Below are positions 11,501 through 22,658 of a DNA stretch of 64,000 nt, piece by piece. Positions within the stretch are counted from its first letter, which is position 1, and every line of letters starts with the position of its first letter. Origin of the DNA: Plasmodiophora brassicae (lineage: Eukaryota); the NCBI GenBank assembly GCA_036867785.1, contig CP145419.1:806001-870000 (forward strand), read 5' to 3'. The notes beneath the pieces were generated by a model. That model was not told the DNA's origin and did no database searches. It saw only the letters and a list, made by a program, of their open reading frames with translations. The position numbers and the translations under genes were made by a program.

Positions 11501-14118
11501 AGCTTATCGGCAAACAGGTAACGTATTGCATCAGTGGCCAAAGCATCACCACCGAATGTAATCGCATCTTGAAACCATTCGAGGACCATGTCACGTTGTC
11601 CTGCACTGATAGCCCTGTCGAAAAGCGATTTCCAAAGCATATCGACGTGGGAAGCACTGAGACATAGAGATGATTCGCTCAGCAAGAACCGAAGAAACTG
11701 CAGCCGTATACGGATATGATCCAAGAATGAGCAACTACGGTCCTCGTGGTCAACTGCGGATTCGGTAGAGAAAGAAGCGGCAAGGTCCTCTTGTACAGTC
11801 GTATCTCCCCGAGAGGCGACAGCACGGTCGACAAAGGTTGCGAGCTCGATGAAGAACGAAGCCATAAGCTGACAATGATGGTCAAGATAATCTAGAGCTT
11901 CCGAGCGAGAACAATAAGGCGACAACTGTTGGACAGCTTCGTCGACGTCGGCGTTGTTAACGGAGCCAGCATTCAGGGTACGTTCATAGAACGCCGAAAC
12001 TTCAGGAAACGATGATGCAATATCCTGGACCAGTCGCATGTTCTCGATTACGCAGCTCTGCTCTTGGATTTTCAAGCCAGCACGAACGAGAAACTGAGTG
12101 CGACTGGAGAGTTTGCTGTCGCTGGCCAGGGGTTGCCGGCCAGAGGATACCCGATTAACATGCTTCAAGTTAGTACTGCTACCAGTGCGAGACAGCGGGA
12201 GCGATTGAACGTTCAACATTGATTCAAGTCGAAGGCGAGCCTCGCGAGAGAGTTCAGCAGAGCCGTTTTGCATTGCATTCCACATCAGGTCCAGAGCCGT
12301 CATATCATCAATCCCTAGTCGAAGAATCAAGTCCAAGGTATGCACGACGTAGTCCTTCAGGTTGACGCTGCTGACTCTTTTCAGAAGATGCTTAATGTGC
12401 TCCGGCGATAGGTCAAACGAGATTTCGTCCAGCACAGTATAAAGAATCTCTGCGGCGATCTCATCTTGCCAACGGATGGCACGCTGTATAGCTGACCAGA
12501 TCAGATCAAGGTGACCGAACGTCAATTCCCCTTCACGGCATATGAAGCGAAGAAGCTCGCTTGCACGCTTCATCAGCTGAGGATGAGCATGCTCGCCGAA
12601 CGCATCCTCCCAGACATGATGCTCGTCCATCCATACAATGAACTTGTGGGAATCCAGCCATTGCCAGCGAACAGCTGCCCATCCACCGTCGGCGCCGCTC
12701 CGGCAAGACCGGCTGTACATGTCATTGTTCTTACAGACATGCATGGTGTCATGCAAGAACTCCATGCCGTTGAGCTGCTTCTCAACAATAGGCGACCGGA
12801 ACCGCTTCAACGCAACGTCGAGTTCGAACTCGTCAAGCCTTCGAGCAGCAGTCGCTTTGCCTGAGATACGAAGAAGAGGGACCCGTAAAATCATGACGAA
12901 GTCAGAAAGGAAATCTTTCGTCAGGCCACGTAGCTCGACATCAGTGAGGGACAGGATCGTCCCAGTCAAACTCGAGACGATATCCTCGATGAACTGCTTG
13001 GCAAACTCATTGGTCAACAGGACCGACAGCTGCCTGACAATGAATGCGATTGTGCGGAGCTCATCGATCGACGCATGCGGTACGGCCCGAACTCGGTCCA
13101 AAAGCAGGTCGAACCCGCTCAGACGGCCAAACTCGTTGATGACTTCAGGCAGTAGATCGCCACCCATCGCCGGGCCACGGTAAACAGCGAATTGATCCGA
13201 TGAATCTTCGCTCAATGAGGTCGCAGCCCATTCCTCATTGAAGACGACCTCAACGCCAGCAGACTGTCGGCCACCCACTGCGATCGACATATGAGGTGCG
13301 AGACGGCCGCACGTTCGTGGCAGGGTCTCGTTGTACGTCGACGCCCAGTTGTCATATGCGATACGAAGGTGACCTTCCGGCGTCACGCTGACGACTTGGG
13401 CCGTGTACCATTTGCTGACGTGGTCCAGGCAGTCGACTTTGGATCCGGCAGTGAGTTCGGCACGCCACGGTTCCAGCGGCGCGGGCAACGATGCATCCAG
13501 CGGTGAGAGATACGGTGACACAAGTGGAACCGCCTTCTCGATCGACAGTGCACCAAAACGTTGCGATTGCACTTCGATCCCATATCGACCATTGACAAAG
13601 TTCAGGACCTTAACGGCCTGAAGATGGCCTTCTGGATCGACCCAGTGACAGAAGGAGTGGCGGCGCAGTGACGATGTCCAATGGTTCACTAGGGGTTCAA
13701 CCGACAGAGCATCCTCATCGGCCAGGCGTCGTTGGTCGAACTGGTAGATGGAGCCGGATCGATCAGTCAACAGCCGCGCCATATGAATGGCGTTCAGGGC
13801 ATATCTGTCATCGCGTTCCTCGAGAATGTGCACAGCGAGGCGAACCAGAGCAAGCAGAGCAGCCGCACATGCAGGCGCTGCTCCTTGAACCGATGTCAGC
13901 ATTGACGATCCCGGCGATACAATGCTCTGCGTAATCCTCAGAATATATCGCGCGATCACATCGAACTGGGCGTCCGTGCAATGCACGATCTCGTCGACGA
14001 CCCGGCCAAGCTTGACGATGGCGCCGACGAGGTCGGCTGGGGCGCCGGCCCCGTTCTCCAGACGTTCCACGAGTTGCAGTATCCCCTCGAGCGACATGGG
14101 CGGCGCGTCGGTCGACAT
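5551..14118 (-). CDS. Large ubiquitin C-terminal hydrolase, USP9X/USP24/USP34 type (peptidase C19), multi-exon
   Basis: Cys box GYAGLINQGTTCYMNA, QQDAQEFF, His box YELAGVIIHIGTADAGHYYSYIR...WLEFND, NAYMLVYER; long helical N-terminal region; acidic C-terminal tail. Start taken at MSTDAPP (14118). Confidence 0.93.
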
Positions 14119-14221
14119 GGACGGCCGCCCCGCGGTGCCCGTCTCCGCCCGACGATAATGGTTCAGACGACCGACGAGGTCAGGGCAATAAAAATGCAGA
14201 ATGGCACAATAACGTGCGCGC

Positions 14222-16415
14222 ATGTTTTGCGTCGGGGCTTTGCTGGGGGCCATACGGCCATACCGCAACATAGGTGAGGTTATAACATACACAGCCAGGG
14301 TCCACTGTCGGCACTGACAAACTGGTTAGTGCCACACCTGCCCCATTGTGGGGGGAACCCTTGCAGCGACTTGCACGGGTATCAACGGGCAACCGTCGGT
14401 GGCACGGCTAGGCCCGTTCCGGTCCGCGACGCCGACGTCGACGCCCGTCGAGAATCCCGGGCCCGTGTTGCGCACGATCTTGTCGAGCCATCACGAACGC
14501 ATGTATGCTCGACCATGGTCTGCGAAGCTACGTGCAGCGTGATCCAGGCAGCCAAGTTCGGCGGATCACACACCAGGAGACCGTTGGTCGGGGTAACACG
14601 GACGACCGACGCGGTACCTTGCGCCGAGACCGAGGTCGGTTTGCCGCCATGGAGGCAAAGCCTGGCCGGATGTGTGCAGTATTACGCCACCCGTGAAGAA
14701 CTCTGCCAAGGGAATGCAGGGGCAGTTGAAACTTTACTGATGCCCTGGCTCGTCTGCCTGAGGGGCAATGCGGACCCGTACACTGATTGATGACGCCCAT
14801 GACACACCTGCACAGGCCACGTTGCACGCGCGCCCTACGAAATTCGTCTGTAAACAGGTACGGCGTCGTCTCTAACGCTCACCAATGTGTCGCTGGGCGA
14901 TCTGCAGCAACTGTTAACCTGTCGACGTCTCTCCCCGACAGGACGGTCGTTCCCTGGTTGAAGCCATGAATCGTGCTGAGTACACCTGGTAACATTGAAC
15001 AAGGGATGAACCCAGAAACAGGCGAGCATCTGTTTGCCGTACTGTGGCAGAAGATAATTAACACGGGTACGGGAAGCGTGGCACTCGTCCAGCCGGGTAC
15101 CCAGATATGATCGGAGGGCGGGCACGTTACCCAGAGCCAGTTGAGTTTGACCGGAAGCGACGTGTGTCGAACGAGTGATTACAGGGGGAGGGTGATCATG
15201 CAAGTCTTCGCTGGCGCAGGAGCCTGGAGTACGTACGACCGACGGCGCGCCCACCGCTAACAGCACTGACGTTCTGTTCTCCTCCAGTCCGTCGACTGTT
15301 TCGCTCGCGCCGGTCGTCGCGAGCTCGCTCGGTATCGCATCGGTAGGCGGCCGACGTCGCCGGACGCTCGATGGCAGGCGGCGTGGATGGGCTGACCTTC
15401 GTGAATGGCGCAGGACGCCAGAGAAGGTTGTGACGGCAGGCGACCCGGCCCACACGGGGGTTGCCAGTCGACAGCAACATGCCGACCGGGCCGGCCTGCA
15501 ACGCCCCACGTCGCCCGTTGCCTGGCTGGACCAACGCGGCGCCTTCATCGAGCTCATCACGAGACGGGCATCGCAGCACGACCTCACCCGCAACGACAAA
15601 TTGGCGCTGGCGTGCTCGTACTTGCAGGTGTGGTCGCCCGGAATCTGTCATTCGGGATTGCCTTCTGACGATGATCTGGCGTCGTTGCCCAGGCGACAGA
15701 CGTGGCCCCCGACCAGCGCGACATTCGCGAATCCGCCCCGTTTGTGCAGGTGGGATGTGCATCCAATCGGATCATCTGGGTGGGTTGGTCATTTGACTCT
15801 CGCGTTCCCTAGGGCGGAGAGCATTGCATCGCCAGCAGCGGCACGAGCAATGGGCGTGCCCCGTATGCTCAGGTGTGTCAGTGCCTGCGGGCTTCGCGCG
15901 TGACATGGACGGGCTGACGTTTGATCTTCAATACTGAACTAGACGATGGAAACGGGGCCGACTGTTACCGGCAACGGGGCGTTGACGGATGCCTTCGCAG
16001 TGTCAAGGCGTGGCGCCGGTTCATGTCAACCATTCGGGACCATTGCCGCACCGACCCTGTTGCCTGCTGCGTGCACATAATACATTGACTCACGATCGAG
16101 TGTTGCAGCCCCAACTCGCTGCCTGTGTGCCGTCGAGCTCGTACGCCGCTGCTGGTTGCCCTCGTCGATTCAGTCAACGCAACATCGACGATACGGTCGT
16201 TGCCAGTGTTGGCCAAGGACAACGTGTTGACGGCCTGGTGCGAGGCGTCGTCAGTCGAATTCGTCCCCCGGAGACGAACATACGACCGTCGGCGACAGGT
16301 TCCAGGCGCGAACCGGGGAACGGCAACCCGGGCCGATCGTGCGGTCGGAGGATCATCACCCCAGCCCCGTTGTCGTGTCCGGCGCTCCTCCCGACTCGTA
16401 CCGAGTAGCTTGTAA
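14222..16415 (+). CDS. Probable multi-exon hypothetical protein; structure unresolved
   Basis: A series of GT..AG intron-like segments separates short open frames (SVDCFARAGRRELARYRI; WLDQRGAFIELIT...LALACSYLQ; LLVALVDSVNATS...). No recognisable domain. Confidence 0.35.
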
Positions 16416-16518
16416 ATCGATTGCTTTGGAATGCATGGTAAACATCGGTCAGCGTGCACGTCGCGGTACGCTCACAAGGTTACAGGGTCCGTCTGCGATC
16501 AGCGGTTCATATAGACGT

Positions 16519-16648
16519 CCTCTGCTCGACGCTGCCGTTGACATCGCCACGTCGACGCCGGCGTCGCGCACGTTGCTGATGTCGTGATGTCATCAGCGAC
16601 AATAAAAGGAGCGATGGGCGTGGTCCGGCACCGTGTTTGATGTCATGC
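16519..16648 (-). pseudogene. Decayed paralogous fragment of the secreted zinc-finger gene at 25528-26442
   Basis: The reverse complement matches 25681-25811, including an exact 22-mer GTGGCGATGTCAACGGCAGCGT and an exact 15-mer GTCGCTGATGACATC. Confidence 0.75.
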
Positions 16649-17062
16649 GCAAGCTCCCATACGGGTTGCCGTCCGACAGCTTGTCAGAGGTGACGACATA
16701 TCGTGGAACCGCTGCTGGAAAACGTGTGGCGATGTCTGACAAAGGCGCCGGCGCCGGTGCCCACAGTCAGCCTGGGCTCGTAGGGCGCGCTGGAAATGTC
16801 ACTGACGTTACTACGGTCGCCTCGGCCGATACGTTGGCGGTCGCACGCGTTGATACCGTTGTGTCCGTCGCGCCGATGCCATTTGCTAAATTGCTATGTA
16901 GGACGCGGAACCCCTATGTAAAGAGCACCCAACTGTGGTCGTGGGGCACCGATCCTGAGCAACAGTCGGCGTTGTCGCGTCCAGTCGTCGTGAACGGTCT
17001 GCGTGTTTCTATTTTTGCATACAAGTCCGCGTGTGGTCGGCGGCTGTCGTTGCACGGTTCCG

Positions 17063-17895
17063 ATGACGCTGCCCATGTTCTGGGGCGCCGTGCTCGTCGC
17101 CTACTCGGTGCCTGCGTCTTTGTTCATATTTCTGATATATCCACGCATGCAGCTGTTTGGTACGCTTCGCTGGAGCGCTCCTTCGCATGTCTGTGGGCCT
17201 GAGTTCAGCTCCTGTAGTCACGTTCGTATTCGGCGTCGCGGCCTGGATCTTGGCAATGGTCGCCACCAGCATCATCGGTTGTGCGTTCACATCCGCCCCA
17301 CTCATCCTCGCCATTTCGCTCGTCATGCTGGAGCTGTTCCGATTCTGCCTGATCTACATGTATCGCGTCGTCCAACCCGTCTTCGCTCGCACCTCTGTCA
17401 ACGCGGTTAAATTCCCTGTCGACGACCTGTCGTCCTCGCTTGCAGGTTTACCGGTTGGATGTCGCATGAACGTCTGGCGACTCTAACGTGTTCGCTGTGC
17501 TAGCTGGTCTGGGCTTTGCCACTGTTCAAGCCGTCGTCATCTTCGGAAGCGTAGTGGATTCCGCCGTTGGCCCGGGTATGTTCAGCTCGCAGTCGTGCCC
17601 GAACCTGCCCTTCTTCGTATCCGCCAGCATTACCACATTCCTGCAGGAGATCACACAGATCTCCCTGATGGTGGTGGCGTTCGCTGCCGTCCCAGACCGC
17701 ATGATCCACGCCCGACTGGCTGTGGCCCTCCTACCGGTCGTCATTCTGCACGCCGTCAGTGTCTTCGCCAACGAACTCGTAGCGTCATGCACGGTCGCCC
17801 TGCCACTGCAGGCTGTCGTCGCGGTCCTCGGCGCCATCATGGCCGCTGTTGCAACGAGGCGGCAATCTTCCCGACAGCATCTGAAGCAATTGTAA
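17063..17895 (+). CDS. APH1: Gamma-secretase subunit APH-1
   Basis: MTLPMFWGAVLVAYS N-terminus, LELFRF, AGLGFA (GxxxG region), GPG...SCP, VILHA; multi-TM hydrophobic pattern; 2 introns. Confidence 0.85.
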
Positions 17896-18049
17896 ACCCC
17901 GTATTATATATTTCAACGTCAGCGATGGCCGTGTTGCTCGTGTGCCTGTCCAGATTTGGCCCGCTCCACTGACGCACTTCTTCATCTACCGTCGCGCACT
18001 GCGGCCGCTGCCTCTACGGGCCTGTCTTTTGGAACAAGTGCCTCTTCGT

Positions 18050-19787
18050 TTACTGATACTTGTTTCGTAGTCGTGCGACAAGGCCTGCTGGTTTCGTGGG
18101 TGGCGCTCCTGTCGCGCCTGCTTTCGTCGCGTCGGTCGACCCGACAGCATAGCCGGCTTCGGTGACGAAGAGCAGAAGGTTCCTAGCGTCGGCGATGTTG
18201 GGCGATTGTTCCGCTTGGGGCAGCTGTGCGAATGGAACCGGCCGGAAGTACTCTGGGCGGCGTGGGGCGATTCGTGTCTTGGAGAACCCTTTCGCAGCGA
18301 GCCCCTGCAGGCGCTCGACGAGTCTGCACCAGTGGCTGTGCATGTTGGCGGCCAGTGTCGTCACCAGCGATTCGTCGACGACGGCCACCGTATCGGATGG
18401 TTCCAAGGTGTACCCCGAGGCGATGATACTTCGCACCATCTGATCGGTGAACTCGTAGGTGACAGATGAGCGCACACCGAGGAACAGGGCGCTGTCCTGG
18501 CCGGCAAGAACGGCGTCGGCCGCCGTCTTCAGCCATATCTTGGCGTTGTCTCGCACCCATGTCAGCTTCAACCGGTCGTTCACCGTATGGCACAATTCGA
18601 CGAGGTCGGGAGACAGGTCCACAGCGCTGGTGTCGATCGTCGGCAACGCCGATGCCGTCGCCAGCGCCGCCGGGCTTGAATCCTGTGCCGCTGCTGCCGC
18701 TGCGGTACCGAAGCCGTTCGCCATGACGTTCTTCACGAACTGCGACAAGCTGATCGCCGACGCAAACCTCAACTGGATGATCTCCACCGTCGACAATCCC
18801 GTCCTGTGTGTAATGTCGACCTCGTCGCCCTTCCCCGTCGCTGGCGTCACCGACAGGACGTTCCTGGACTGGATGCGGATCGGCTCGATCCACCCTTCCG
18901 AGCTGATCTCCAGCCGGTGCCGGGGGCCGTTCACCCGGACCACCACGTCGGCGGCGCCCATCTGCCCCTGCAACTTCGTCGACCGGAAGCATTGCATGAC
19001 GTCGTTGGTCTCCAGGTCGCGCTCCTCCCAGACATCCTCGTTGTGGCTGGAGTCGCCCAGCGCCTGTGCACCAATCTTAGGGCACTGCGTCATATACAGT
19101 GCGAACTGCGGGGCTGCACCCCACCTTGGAAGCCACGGTCACGCGTGATCCGACGGCATCCAGGACCGCGCCTGATATCGTGCCCGCCAGCGTCACCCGC
19201 TCCCGCTTGAACTGCTCCGACAAGTCCGCCATGGCGTGCTTGAGCCTGCTGAGGATCTGCCGGTTCTCCTGCGCCCGAACGTGTTACCAATGCCGCGTTT
19301 CGAATCGGGCCCCCGGTGTTCGTACCATGGCGTCCTCGGGCGTGCACCCCGCGAACATGGCTTTGGCGACGTCGAGGATCTGGACGAACACTTCGTTCTC
19401 CTGCTGGACGAGGTCGCCCCACCTGTCGATGGTCGCGTTCTCTGCCTTGATCTCGGCGAGCTCGCGGCGTAACGTCTCGAGCGACATGGGCGGGGACAAC
19501 GGCGGTGGCAGCAGGATCTTCAGGTTCGCATTGGGCGGCAATCTGGGCGGAGGTTTCAACGGCGCCGACGGCGACGTTGGCAGGTCGGCCAGCAGCCTGG
19601 ACTTCAGTTGCGCCGGCAACGGCGGCGGCGTAAGCACCTTCTTCGCCAGGTCGGGTGCGCCCGCGTCGCTGATGCAAATCTCTCGCAGCAGGTCGGAAAT
19701 AGCCGACTTGTCGGCGTCCAGTTTCGCATCGATCGTCTTCCCGGCCGTGCCTCGCCCATCATCGTCGTCCGCCTTCGGGCTCGACAT
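18050..19787 (-). CDS. Proline-rich/coiled-coil protein with a PH-like region and C-terminal RyR (ryanodine-receptor repeat)-like domains
   Basis: IDTSAVDLSPDLVEL and LAANMHSHWC...PVPFAQLPQAEQSPN...LLFVTEAGYAV match the RyR repeat pattern (LAENxHxxW...LVxFxxLPExE); introns at ~19270-19325 and ~19068-19126. Confidence 0.7.
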
Positions 19788-19856
19788 TCTGACGCCAGAT
19801 TCGATTCGGACGGTACGACCCTTCGATCGCCCGCCTCGGTAGGATCGCTCTGCGCG

Positions 19857-20375
19857 ATGGTCTTTGGCCCACCGCCACCACCACCACCACCACCGCCGCC
19901 GCCGCCGCCACCGTCAAATGGTCGCGCTCCCAAGACAACGCCTCCCATTCAAGCGGACACTGCATCGGATACGTGGGAGGACAGGTACCCGTTGCATGGT
20001 GCCGCAATGCACGGGGACGTCCCTGACGATGTCGGCGCCGACATTGACGCATTGGACGACGAGGGGTGGTCCGCGCTTCACTATGCGGCCTGGAACGGTC
20101 ACGAGTCTGCGGTCAAGCGCCTGCTCGCGGCAGGCGCCGACGTGAACGTCAGGGCGTGCCCGACATTGTCGACCGCGTTGCATTACGCTGCCGGCATGGG
20201 ATACCCAAACGTCGTCCGTACGCTGGTCGATGCCGGTGCCGATACGACCGCCCGTGATGCCGATCGCAGAACGCCTGCGCTCGTCGTCGACTGCATCAGA
20301 CCGGACAAGGACTTCGCCAACCGCCTGGGTCGCGTCTCCGACGCCGTCTGGGACAGCATTCGCGCTGAACTGTAA
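19857..20375 (+). CDS. Small ankyrin-repeat protein with N-terminal polyproline
   Basis: GWSALHYAAWNGHESAVKRLLAAGADVN and STALHYAAGMGYPNVVRTLVDAGAD; a (CCA)n(CCG)n tract encodes ~15 Pro. Confidence 0.88.
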   Translation: MVFGPPPPPPPPPPPPPPPSNGRAPKTTPPIQADTASDTWEDRYPLHGAAMHGDVPDDVGADIDALDDEGWSALHYAAWNGHESAVKRLLAAGADVNVRACPTLSTALHYAAGMGYPNVVRTLVDAGADTTARDADRRTPALVVDCIRPDKDFANRLGRVSDAVWDSIRAEL

Positions 20376-20538
20376 TCGACATTCATTGATTATATAAGGT
20401 GCCGGACGTTTCGGCCGTTGAGCGTCTCCGGCTTCCAGTCCCTGGGTCGCACCTGTATCGTTGTCGTGACGTGCCCGTTGCTGCCTGGGCACCGCACCAC
20501 GACTTCGGCAACGACACGCGGTAGACGAACGCGGAACG

Positions 20539-21265
20539 ATGATGTCGGTGGTCGTCCAGGAAGACCAGCACGGGTCACGCCGGCAGCGCGGGCTGTTGCT
20601 GTTGAGCGCTGGGCACGTCGAGGAGGCCCTCCAGTACCTGGTCGACTCGCTGCAGTATGAAGGGCCGTCTGCTGTAATCGAAGCGGCGCTCGCCGAGGCG
20701 CGCTGCCTGCTGGACCAGCAGGACGGTCGCGACGAAGACGACGACGACGACGAATACGAATTCGTCGACGACGACGCCGACAGGGATGTCGTCGAGGCAG
20801 CGTACCAGTCGGTACGTGCCGGTATGCAGGAGCTGTCCAGAGGCCACCTGGGGCGAGCTATCATGCACCTGCGTACGAGCGTTATACGCGCCCTGCCCTA
20901 ACCTTGCGCCGCTGACCCCGGCTTGTTCAGGCGACGCCGTCAAGGTCTGCCCTCACGTCGCCGCCAGGCCGCTCGTGGATGCGCTCATGAAGAAGGCGGC
21001 AACGGTAGAGGACGACTGGTGCGCGACCGTCGTTGTTCCGACTCATCTGACTTGCGCGTGGCAGTATATGGAACGGGGGGCGTATCACAAGGCGATTCAT
21101 TTGTACAATGAGTGCCTGCGCACCAACGACGGTGACGCGGACGTGTACAGCCAGCGGGCAGTGGCTCAGCTGGCACAGGGAAACTCGACCGCCGCCCAAC
21201 TCGATTTCCTGATGGCAGACAGGATCGCGTCCGCCCACACATCGAGTGGCCGTCTCGCAGCCTAG
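20539..21265 (+). CDS. TPR-repeat protein, spliced
   Basis: RGLLLLSAGHVEEALQYL; ERGAYHKAIHLYNECLRTNDGDADVYSQRAVAQLAQGNSTAAQLDF. Confidence 0.75.
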
Positions 21266-21437
21266 TCGCCGTACACCTAGCCATCCATTCGTTGGAATAC
21301 ATAGTCACGTGGACGATCGTTGAATCATGTAGACGTCGCGATGCTGGCCGAAACCGCCTCGGCCCCTGCTCACTAAGTTTAGTGAACGGCAACTCGCATT
21401 CGAGCAAGCGAAGCATGCAGACGAAAGTTGCGCACGA

Positions 21438-21690
21438 AAGAAGGAGAGCTTCAGGTGAAGGTTCAATCCATCCAAGGGGATCTCATCAACGGTCTCGCCG
21501 CGCGAGGCAAGTCGATGGCAGAAATCCAATTTTCATGCCAGCAGGATTCCAGGTTCCAATGAACTACCGAATCCGGAAACATGTTCGCAAGAATGTTTCG
21601 AATATCTGCGATCGACTTGCCGGCATGGCGAGATCGTTGACAAGATCCGCCTGGACGAATTGAACTTTCACCTGAAACTCCCCCTTCTTC
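21438..21690. repeat. Imperfect inverted repeat (~90-bp arms, ~65-70-nt loop) made of two convergent decayed coding fragments
   Basis: 21438-21529 pairs with 21597-21690; arms read GELQVKVQSIQGDLINGLA (+) and GEFQVKVQFVQADLVNDLA (-). Confidence 0.85.
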
Positions 21691-22658
21691 AGACGAAACT
21701 CTTGCTGAACCTTTCGTCTTGTGCAGTCTGATCAGGACTGAGCTCCAAATCACTGAACGGCAACGTTCCTGAAGTCATGAGCGAAACGGCGCCGTTACAG
21801 ATGGAAGGCCGCTTGAGAGTTGAGAGTGGGGGAGACGCTCCGTCACAGTCTGGATCATCGTTGTTCCGATGGCGTCGCTGCGATGGCTGGACGATGACAC
21901 CGCGACGTCATGTGAGGGCATCCATGGCACTGCAACTACGATTCCCGCCGAATTCAACGGCGCCGCCGTATTCGCGTCGCTTCAGAGCCGCCTCTTGTAG
22001 ACAAGCGTATACGACCTACGCGCGCTTCCGGCACCGCTGACGCATCCTAAACAGATCTGGCCACGACGACCTGGCGAGGTTGAACGCGAAATGCCAACGC
22101 GAGTTCGAAATCGTAACGTTTCTCGTCGCATCGCCGGCTGCCCTCGGTGCTAATCAATCATGGGCGGGTAGAACAGCGAACGATTACACGTCCTAAAACT
22201 GGAGCCGCCGATCAGCAGTGCCGACGACGGACAGCCAGCAGACGAGGCGACCAGGATGGGTTCGCCTGCCAGCCGACCCGAAGACGATGGCGTCGTCGCT
22301 GGCGGTGACGGCGAACCCGGTGCCGACCATCACGACCACCAGCCTGGGCGGTGGCAGTGCCGTCCCGAGTTTCGGCAGCATTTCGAATCGGTGCTCGCAT
22401 CGCTGAAGGACCAGATGTCCATCGAGCCGCCCGTTCTTTGATACATTCCTCCGATGCCCAGCGGCGTGCCGCGTGCGAGACCGACCAGCGAAGTTATGTA
22501 ACGCAAAGATATCTTCGTGACATGCAGCAGATAACCGGCGACGACCAGAAATAGACCAGTTCTATTTCCAGACCCTGGAGGTCCGTGCGTTCTATTCTCA
22601 GCACTCCGGGCACGGCACTGGCCCAGGCCGGTACCCGTTGTCCTCGTCCTGGACGACG

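Noticed and set aside
21777-22560. Possible small plus-strand gene
   Set aside because: Only short frames, no recognisable domain, no coherent exon model.
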